64,000 nt of DNA. Source: Candidatus Daviesbacteria bacterium (GTDB lineage: Bacteria > Patescibacteriota > Microgenomatia > Daviesbacterales > UBA10151). A program made the position numbers and the translations under genes. The notes beneath the pieces are model-generated. The model was not told the origin of the DNA. It was given only the letters and a program-made list of their open reading frames with translations, and did no database searches. Of the stretch, positions 56,929-64,000 are shown piece after piece (the first letter of the stretch is position 1; the number at the start of each line of letters is the position of its first letter). Location: NCBI GenBank assembly GCA_016186955.1, contig JACPKP010000002.1, forward strand, positions 5,566 through 69,565. The letters are read 5' to 3'.

Positions 56929-57594
56929 GAATTTAAAGGTAAAAAGAATTTTGTTAAAAAGTTTAAGTTCTGCTTCTGGAATTTCGCCTATTATTCTTTC
57001 TTCATCATACCTTATCTTCGTATTAGTTTTTAGTTCATAAATAGTCATTATGTAAAACTGTTTATTTTGTTCAATAACAAAATCCATATATTTTTGTGGA
57101 ATAGTCCCACCAACCCTCCCTAGCTCACCTGTTATCTTTTTAGCATCTAAACCATTAATTTTGATGTCTTCCACCTTGTCTATCGTTGGACAATCACCCT
57201 TACAATTTAACGGGTTATTTTCCGAAACAGCAATGTAAATTTGTTTATCAACCAATACGTATGCAGGATCTTGTGTCTCCAAAGAAATATTTTGTGGATA
57301 TTTTAGTAAATAATTGTATTTTGCATTTTTATATGTTTTCCACCCTGCAGTTTCATCTGCTGAAGATGCCTGGGGTTCTGGGGAAGTTTGATCAGGGGTT
57401 AAAACTAGAGGTGGGGCAGATACAGGAAATTTCGGTTTACTCAAAATAATATATCCTGCAATTCCCCCAGCGATCAAGATCAAAGCCAAAATAACAGCCA
57501 CCACTGTCACAAACCCCGCCTGCCAGCAGGCAAGGCCTTTTTGTTTACACTGAGCGGACTTGTGGTGAGCGGAGTCGAACCAGTCGGAGTGCAT
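56920..57594 (-). CDS. Exported PsbP-like protein with a pilin-like leader
   Basis: TM helix, ETAGWKTYKN..Y...YP, FNKILFTFKF. Confidence 0.7.
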   Translation of the reverse strand: MHSDWFDSAHHKSAQCKQKGLACWQAGFVTVVAVILALILIAGGIAGYIILSKPKFPVSAPPLVLTPDQTSPEPQASSADETAGWKTYKNAKYNYLLKYPQNISLETQDPAYVLVDKQIYIAVSENNPLNCKGDCPTIDKVEDIKINGLDAKKITGELGRVGGTIPQKYMDFVIEQNKQFYIMTIYELKTNTKIRYDEERIIGEIPEAELKLFNKILFTFKFLE

Positions 57595-57603
57595 AAATTA
57601 ATG

Positions 57604-58230
57604 TCAATTAAACGGAACTATCCCTATCTTTGTTAATTTTTCTATGTTTAAATCAATTTCATACTCATTTAAAAACTTAGGTTTGATAACAAAATCCATC
57701 CCTCCTAAAAACCTTATTTTGTCAGAGCCTTTCCAAATAAGCTTCATTATAGGCATAGCATTGTAGCTGATTTTGGAAATTAAAATATACTCCTTTCCGC
57801 CGGAAAAATTACTTCCGTCTGATTTAAACAGATATAAATCTCCGCCATCAGGCGGTTGGACTTGTAGATAAAAATATTTTCCGTCTGGCGACCAGTTATT
57901 AATTTTTAGATCCATCCATGTGTCGGCATCGGCCCGTCCTGCCAACACGGTTTTTCCATTTTTTCCCGTTTTATCTGAGATAACCACCGACCTTATAAAA
58001 CTATCTCCTTCACCAGAGTTTTTGATCATGATCTTCCGCTGCCCATCCGGTGAAAGTGCTTCACTTATAATAATTTCTTTTGTTGAAGGAATTAAACTTT
58101 TCATTTCCTCTTGTTGTAAGTCTGGAAGAAATTGCTGCCCATTTTGATAAACCCAAAATACTCCCCCGCCGATAATCGAGACAATTAAAATTACAACCAA
58201 GATTAAAATTGGCGCAAATCCTTTTTGCAT
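57604..58230 (-). CDS. Exported protein with a pilin-like leader and TolB-like repeats
   Basis: MQKGFAPILILV; SPDG, WSPDGKY. Confidence 0.7.
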   Translation of the reverse strand: MQKGFAPILILVVILIVSIIGGGVFWVYQNGQQFLPDLQQEEMKSLIPSTKEIIISEALSPDGQRKIMIKNSGEGDSFIRSVVISDKTGKNGKTVLAGRADADTWMDLKINNWSPDGKYFYLQVQPPDGGDLYLFKSDGSNFSGGKEYILISKISYNAMPIMKLIWKGSDKIRFLGGMDFVIKPKFLNEYEIDLNIEKLTKIGIVPFN

Positions 58231-58980
58231 TTATTTTGTAAATTTGAAGTCTGCGAGGATTTTTTCACCATCTGTTTTTGCTGCAGAATCGGTAAAAACC
58301 TTAAAAAGGTACATCTTCCCGTCTTTAGAAAGAAGCATTAATCTTGGTTTCCCCGGCTGGTAATAAACCACCGCAGATTTTGACACCCTGCCGCTTATTG
58401 TTGCTTCGTCCTTTGGAAAAACATGCACATTGGTTGCGACATCAAAATCACCCCATAAAAAAGGATAATACCAATAGCGTTTATACCAACCTTGCTCATC
58501 TAAACCATCCAGATTTTCAAAAACCCAAACTGTAAAAGGAGCATTTTCAAAAGATTTATCCCGGCCCAAAACAACCATCGCTTCCAGAACTTTCCCCGGC
58601 TCGTATCCGATATACCCGCTGAAGTTTTTCCTAAAATCCCCATTCCCCCTTTTGTTGAATTCAGACTCTTTGTCCTCCATTGCTTCCAGCGGGGAGGAAT
58701 ATTTTAACTCAAAATCCGAACTTTTACTTGTGTAAGTTTTTTCTTCCGTTTTTTGGATGGCTTCAGAAGGTTTAGGGTTTAAAAAAGTTTTCGAAAGAAA
58801 TCCGGGGTTTGGTGGCGCGGGAGTTTGTAAAAGTTTTCCTTTATCGACATCCAGATTTACCTGTTTCACCGGATCTTTAGTCTGGTCCGGTTTTGTATTT
58901 TTAAAGATAACCACACCGGAAATTACGGAGAGAGCCAGCGCTGCAAGCAAAATAACCAGAGGGGCAGAACCTCTTTGCAT
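58231..58980 (-). CDS. Exported protein with a pilin-like leader
   Basis: MQRGSAPLVILL; ends KILADFKF. Confidence 0.7.
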   Translation of the reverse strand: MQRGSAPLVILLAALALSVISGVVIFKNTKPDQTKDPVKQVNLDVDKGKLLQTPAPPNPGFLSKTFLNPKPSEAIQKTEEKTYTSKSSDFELKYSSPLEAMEDKESEFNKRGNGDFRKNFSGYIGYEPGKVLEAMVVLGRDKSFENAPFTVWVFENLDGLDEQGWYKRYWYYPFLWGDFDVATNVHVFPKDEATISGRVSKSAVVYYQPGKPRLMLLSKDGKMYLFKVFTDSAAKTDGEKILADFKFTK

Positions 58981-59000
58981 AAATTTATGATACCACAAAT

Positions 59001-59624
59001 TCAGGAGCCCTGCCCAAAATGGATTCCGGAAATCATCTCCTCGACCTTAGAAGAATAGTCATCTTTGCTTGAGGCAGGAGAGTTATCCGAAGAAACCCTA
59101 TGTGTGATATCCAATAAAAGTGTTGGTGCACACCACTGGTATTTGGTATAACCGGTGATTGAAATCTTAGAGCGGATCACTTTTTTGCCCCCCAAATCAA
59201 CTTCCGTGCCTTGACATTTAGCATTATTACCAACCAAAATAGTTATCGGTTTTTGTGCTCTACCACAAACCACATCTTTAAAATCAGCGCTGTTGAGAGG
59301 GTCAAGTTCAATATTTTTTGAATTGCTGCATGTCAAAAGCCCCCAGTTTTTTGGATAAAAAATTTCAAATCCTTCCCCTTTGTAGCTTTTCATACCGGAA
59401 GATGTTATTTCACCTGGTTTGGCAGGTGTTTGCGGGGAAGGTGAAGGCGGTTTTGCATCAAAACCGCTTGCTGCAGGTTTGGGAGAATCAGATTGCTTTT
59501 GCAAAGTTGCAGTTTGACGACCCCCAAACCCTTTGACAAAATAAAGTATGGTTCCTGAAATAATAGCCAACAGAATCAATAAAACTGACCCTGTAACCAA
59601 TAAAACCTTTGCTCTCTCATCCAT
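59001..59624 (-). CDS. Membrane-anchored exported protein
   Basis: TM helix, Pro-rich linker, FEIFYPKNW, four Cys. Confidence 0.7.
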   Translation of the reverse strand: MDERAKVLLVTGSVLLILLAIISGTILYFVKGFGGRQTATLQKQSDSPKPAASGFDAKPPSPSPQTPAKPGEITSSGMKSYKGEGFEIFYPKNWGLLTCSNSKNIELDPLNSADFKDVVCGRAQKPITILVGNNAKCQGTEVDLGGKKVIRSKISITGYTKYQWCAPTLLLDITHRVSSDNSPASSKDDYSSKVEEMISGIHFGQGS

Positions 59625-59663
59625 AGCCTGTAATTTTACCACAAATTGGGTTAAAATGACAGC

Positions 59664-60689
59664 ATGGATTTACGGAAAATCACCAATGCACAAAAGTCTG
59701 AATATAATAAACTAGTTACTCATGTCAGCCAGAGCTATGAGTGGGGGGAATTCAGAAAAAGTTTAGGGCTAACTCTTTTACGGTACGGAATTTTTAAAAA
59801 AGATAAACTCACAACAGTGTTTCAGCTAACTCTCCATAAAATACCACTGACAAAACAATTTGTTGGTTACCTGCCAAAAGGGCCATTGCCCGATAAAGAA
59901 TTGGCTCAGGCATTGGAAATAATCGGCAAGGAACATTCATGCGCATTCATTAAAGTTGAACCAGACATCCTTGCTAAGACTCCCCCCTCCCCGGTATATC
60001 CTGCTTTTCTGTCTTCGCCTAAACCTTTATTTACCAAATATAACTATATTTTGGACCTCACCCCTGCTACAGAAGAGCTTTTAAAAAAGATGCATCAAAA
60101 AACCAGATATAATATCAAACTGGCCCAAAAAAAAGGTGTGGTTGTTGAAGAAAGAACTGATGATAAAGCCTTTGAAATATATTTAAAACTGTATTTTGAG
60201 ACAACCCAAAGACAAAATTATCATGGACACAATACCAACTACCACCAAAAGGTCTGGCAGATTCTAAAAAAGATAGGCATGGCAAGGCTTTTGATCGCAT
60301 TTTATAAACCTCCAAACTCCAAAACCCGAATCCCGCTTTCAGCCTGGATGCTGCTAAATTTTAAGGATACTTTATATTACCCGTATGGTGGATCTTCTTT
60401 AAAACATAAAGAAGTTATGGCAAATAATTTAGTCGCTTGGGAAGCCATCAGATTGGGTAAAAAAATGGGCCTTAAAAAATTTGACATGTGGGGGGCATTA
60501 CCCCCAGACGCTCCACTAAACCATCCCTGGCAAGGTTTTAACAAGTTTAAGGCCGGGTTTGGGGGTGAACTGGTTGAATATCTTGGCACATACGACCTTA
60601 TTTTTATTGATTTCCTTTATTGGGCTTTTACGACAGTAGATAAATTAACATCTCTTAAGGTGTTCCTCTTGAGATTGCTACACAAATAG
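59664..60689 (+). CDS. FemABX-family peptidoglycan bridge peptidyltransferase
   Basis: QSYEWGEF, YLPKGP, KTRYNIKLA, YYPYGGS, FDMWG, FKAGFGG. Confidence 0.92.
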   Translation: MDLRKITNAQKSEYNKLVTHVSQSYEWGEFRKSLGLTLLRYGIFKKDKLTTVFQLTLHKIPLTKQFVGYLPKGPLPDKELAQALEIIGKEHSCAFIKVEPDILAKTPPSPVYPAFLSSPKPLFTKYNYILDLTPATEELLKKMHQKTRYNIKLAQKKGVVVEERTDDKAFEIYLKLYFETTQRQNYHGHNTNYHQKVWQILKKIGMARLLIAFYKPPNSKTRIPLSAWMLLNFKDTLYYPYGGSSLKHKEVMANNLVAWEAIRLGKKMGLKKFDMWGALPPDAPLNHPWQGFNKFKAGFGGELVEYLGTYDLIFIDFLYWAFTTVDKLTSLKVFLLRLLHK

Positions 60690-60691
60690 CT

Positions 60692-61192
60692 ATGGCTGAT
60701 CCGATACTACTGGCAACATTTATTACTATAACCTTATGCTGTATCGGATTATCCTGGTTTGCCGGGTCTGATGCACCGTATGTTGCAACAAAAATGGATA
60801 ATATTAAAGATATCCTTAAACGGGCAGGAACGGGGAAAAACAAAATATTTTATGAATTGGGCTCAGGGGACGGCAGGGTTGTAATTGAGGCTGCAAAACT
60901 AGGCGCTCGGGCAAACGGGGTCGAGCAATCATGGATTAGGGTCTGGTATTCAAGATATAAAGCCAGGCAGTTAAGATTAAATGCCGTTTTTTTCCATGGC
61001 AATATTTTTGACAGAAGTTATTTCCCTGCGGACATTGTTTATATCTATCTTCTTTCCAATGCAGTCCAAAGACTTGAGGGAAAACTAAAGAAAGAGCTGA
61101 AACAAGGCTCAATAGTAATTACCCAAACTTATCATTTCAAAAAATGGAGGCCTTTTAAAAAAGCGGGTGATTTTTGGCTTTACAAAGTATGA
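60692..61192 (+). CDS. Membrane-anchored class I SAM methyltransferase
   Basis: APYVAT, ELGSGDGRVV, ADIVYIYL. Confidence 0.85.
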   Translation: MADPILLATFITITLCCIGLSWFAGSDAPYVATKMDNIKDILKRAGTGKNKIFYELGSGDGRVVIEAAKLGARANGVEQSWIRVWYSRYKARQLRLNAVFFHGNIFDRSYFPADIVYIYLLSNAVQRLEGKLKKELKQGSIVITQTYHFKKWRPFKKAGDFWLYKV

Positions 61193-61269
61193 GGGCATTT
61201 CGTGTATTGACAATTAGGTAGTGTTTTTTTATATTGAGTTGTAATGATTCATTGCAGTCGTTACGCAAG

Positions 61270-62328
61270 ATGGGTCAGGTTTTTCCTTTAGGGCTATCGT
61301 TTGATGATGTCCTGCTCATTCCTCAACACTCTGGAATCAAGAGTCGTTCTCTCGTAGATTTAACAACCCAACTTACACCCTCTGTAAGCCTCAAACTACC
61401 AATTTTGAGTACAAATATGACAGATGTCACAGGTGTAGAAATGGCTATTGCGTTAGGCAAATTAGGCGGGATGGGCATTTTACCCCGCTTTGAAAATCCA
61501 AAAGTTCAGGCAGATATGGTTAAACAGGTTAAAAAAAATGAAGTTTCTGTAGCTGCTGCAGTTGGCTGCAAGGAAGGGTTTTTGGACAGGGCGGAAAAAT
61601 TAGCCAAAGCCGGCGTGGATATATTACTTCTTGATATAGCCCATGGCCATATGCAACAAGCTTTGGATGCCACAAAAAAAATAAAAAATAAGTTTGGTCA
61701 AAAGATCGGTCTTATCTCCGGTGCAATTGCAACTTATGCTGGGGCAAATGATCTATACCAAGCAGGCGCTGATTGTGTCAGGGTTGGTGTTGGCCCAGGC
61801 AGCATCTGCACAACCAGGATAGTAACAGGGGTAGGCATCCCACAAATTACAGCAATTACGGAAGCCTCCAAGGCTGCAAAAAAATGGAAAAGGACAATCC
61901 TAGCTGATGGAGGCATTAAAAATTCTGGTGATATAGCAAAAGCTCTGGCAGCAGGAGCTTCTGCTGTATCACTGGGTAATGTATTTGCAGGGACAGATGA
62001 AGCTCCTGGAAAAATAGTTATCAGGAAAGGCAAAAAGTATAAAATTTACAGGGGGTCTACCTCTATTGAATCTAAAAATGACCACCAAAAAAAGCTTTCA
62101 GATTTATCAAATAACTACCTTCATCATATTGAAGGCGTTGAAGGATTAGTCCCCTTTAAAGGTCCTGTCCAAAATTTGGTTTTGCAGTTTGTAGCAAATT
62201 TAAAATCCTCATTTTCATATGTTGGGGCAAAGAATTTAAGACAGTTCCACCGATATGCAAAATTTATCAGAGTTACTTCTTTGGGGTTGAGGGAAAACGG
62301 CCCGCATGATATTTTGACTCAAGATTAA
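61270..62328 (+). CDS. guaB: IMP dehydrogenase / GMP reductase family protein without CBS domains
   Basis: [50 protein letters not shown]. Confidence 0.85.
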   Translation: MGQVFPLGLSFDDVLLIPQHSGIKSRSLVDLTTQLTPSVSLKLPILSTNMTDVTGVEMAIALGKLGGMGILPRFENPKVQADMVKQVKKNEVSVAAAVGCKEGFLDRAEKLAKAGVDILLLDIAHGHMQQALDATKKIKNKFGQKIGLISGAIATYAGANDLYQAGADCVRVGVGPGSICTTRIVTGVGIPQITAITEASKAAKKWKRTILADGGIKNSGDIAKALAAGASAVSLGNVFAGTDEAPGKIVIRKGKKYKIYRGSTSIESKNDHQKKLSDLSNNYLHHIEGVEGLVPFKGPVQNLVLQFVANLKSSFSYVGAKNLRQFHRYAKFIRVTSLGLRENGPHDILTQD

Positions 62329-62919
62329 TTATTTTGGCAAAGCTATCACAATTAACCTTTTCTGGTCGAATGTGCCATCACAAGTATACAAAGTCAATCT
62401 GTTGCTGTCTGATATGACTGCATCAATATCAGCAGGCGTTACTTTTCTTTTTGCATTTACTAAATAACTATACTCTTTTTCATTTGTCTGTATTTTTATC
62501 TCATCCCCAATATTTATTTTTTTCAAACCCCCAAATAAATATTCCCTATTATGGGCATACAAAATAACATTCCCTTTCCCTGGTGTTTTCGACGTTGTCA
62601 GCCAGGACACCGCATCATCATACAAAGTCCACTGGTTATTTTTAATAGCGCCTGTAGCAATTGGTAGTTGCAAACCAATGGATTTTATTGAAATTAAAGT
62701 TGGTGGATAAACCGCCTCAATAATTTTAGCTGACTGGGTAGCAATTACGGTTGCATTTTTTACCGGCAGGGCATTTTGAACCTCTTTAACATCTTTATAG
62801 GAAACTTTCTGATGAAAATCGAATAAATTGTTTGGGAAAACTCTAACTAAAATAAGGGCTACTATTAGACCTGTCATGCCAAACATCAAAACTTGCAGAA
62901 AAATTTCAATCTTCGGCAT
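62329..62919 (-). CDS. Sortase
   Basis: GNVILYAHN, LTLYTC, RLIVIA. Confidence 0.88.
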   Translation of the reverse strand: MPKIEIFLQVLMFGMTGLIVALILVRVFPNNLFDFHQKVSYKDVKEVQNALPVKNATVIATQSAKIIEAVYPPTLISIKSIGLQLPIATGAIKNNQWTLYDDAVSWLTTSKTPGKGNVILYAHNREYLFGGLKKINIGDEIKIQTNEKEYSYLVNAKRKVTPADIDAVISDSNRLTLYTCDGTFDQKRLIVIALPK

Positions 62920-63199
62920 TACTGCGGACCGTTCTCAATGCCCAAATTAAAACAATTATCCCCCCAAAAAAGACAACAGCCCATTTGGCAATATCTTTTT
63001 CGGCGCCTGTTGAACCTAATACTTTTGTTTCCCCTAAAACTTGTTTCGCGCTTCCGCTTGCAGGTTTGATAGTAGGTTGGGCAGAAGCAGTTGCTGAAGC
63101 TGAGGCAGCAGCTGTAGGGGTAGGTGTCACAGCAAAAACAGCAGGCGCAAACACAAACATTACTACAGCAATATAACCTATCATGAACATCTTTTTCAT
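62906..63199 (-). CDS. Small putative sortase substrate
   Basis: Signal peptide, Ala/Ser/Thr linker, LGSTG, TM helix, R-containing tail. Confidence 0.65.
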   Translation of the reverse strand: MKKMFMIGYIAVVMFVFAPAVFAVTPTPTAAASASATASAQPTIKPASGSAKQVLGETKVLGSTGAEKDIAKWAVVFFGGIIVLIWALRTVRSNAED

Positions 63200-63272
63200 A
63201 AGTATTATATTAACTTATCTAAATTATAAGAGAATTTCAATACCTTAAAATTATAATGATATAATCCATTCA

Positions 63273-64000
63273 ATGAAACTTCTTCATTTTGCTGATATCC
63301 ATATTGGCATGGAAAATTATTCTAAACTTGACCCTCACACAGGTCTTTCCACCAGACTGTTGGATTTTTTAAATACTTTTGACTTTATAGTTGATACTGC
63401 CCTCTCTCAAGATGTTGATGCCTTAATTTTTGCAGGTGACGCTTATAAAACCCGTGACCCCAACCCTACCCAGCAAAGAGGTTTTGGCGAAAGGATCAAA
63501 AAAGCAGCCAAACATATGCCAGTTATACTTGTAGTTGGTAACCATGACACTCCTAATGCGCAAGGCCGGGCTAATACTTTGGATATTTATTCTGCTTTGG
63601 AAATTGAAAATGTTTGGGTCTCAAGAGTTCCCGAATATTTACAAATTCCCACCAAATCAGGCAACTTGCAAGTTGTCACCCTACCCTGGCTTCACAAAAA
63701 TGATTACCAAGAAGTAGCAGAAAAATTATTGTCCCTTTATGACAAAATAAAACCTCCGCCAGCTGGCGGACCTGCTATTTTTTTATCCCATGCTGAAGTA
63801 GAAGGCGCATCATATGGCTCAGAAAAGGGTATGGCTATTGCAAATGATGTCACCATCCCCCTATCTTTAATCCAGGACCGAAGACTCTCTTATGTAGCCT
63901 TAGGCCATATCCATAAACACCAGGTTTTATCCAAAGATCCGCCGGTTGTTTATGCTGGTTCCCCTCACAGGATTGATTTTGGTGAGGAAAAGGAAGAAAA
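63273..64000 (+). CDS. sbcD: SbcD/Mre11 nuclease; runs off the right edge
   Basis: Manually translated MKLLHFADIHIG...FAGD...VGNHD...YVALGHIH...YAGSP. Confidence 0.92.
   Translation, partial: MKLLHFADIHIGMENYSKLDPHTGLSTRLLDFLNTFDFIVDTALSQDVDALIFAGDAYKTRDPNPTQQRGFGERIKKAAKHMPVILVVGNHDTPNAQGRANTLDIYSALEIENVWVSRVPEYLQIPTKSGNLQVVTLPWLHKNDYQEVAEKLLSLYDKIKPPPAGGPAIFLSHAEVEGASYGSEKGMAIANDVTIPLSLIQDRRLSYVALGHIHKHQVLSKDPPVVYAGSPHRIDFGEEKEE

Overview
64 kb of a small-genome Patescibacteria (CPR) chromosome, probably Microgenomates-type. This is an inference from gene content: short AlaRS, AAA-only Lon, baseplate-J-like membrane protein, pilN/pilO, sortase, standard code 11. It is mostly housekeeping genes: alaS, ftsK, rnj, pnp-rpsO, nusA-infB, hrcA-grpE-dnaK...dnaJ with a CIRCE box, lepA, murJ, rpsT, holA, tpiA, trxA, pcrA, femX-like, guaB and sbcD. 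I recognised no rRNA, tRNA or CRISPR. Four layers of non-routine structure are visible. (1) Two tandem self-contained expression cassettes (44.8-47.8 kb) carry phage-like membrane genes. Each has a sigma70 promoter and a hairpin plus boxA-like leader, and each ends in the same ~76-nt four-way-junction RNA-like element followed by a terminator. (2) Three accessory insertions leave a second copy of the host gene's 3' end downstream (infB, lepA, an FN3/dockerin gene). The infB copy differs only at synonymous sites. (3) Short palindromic elements and 7-bp tandem arrays, sometimes nested, are inserted in frame throughout conserved genes, and a frameshifted GIY-YIG nuclease gene is bracketed by such palindromes. 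(4) An IS66-type MITE has an exact 8-bp target duplication. Many native genes look leaderless. All product calls come from motif recognition by eye; no database search was run.
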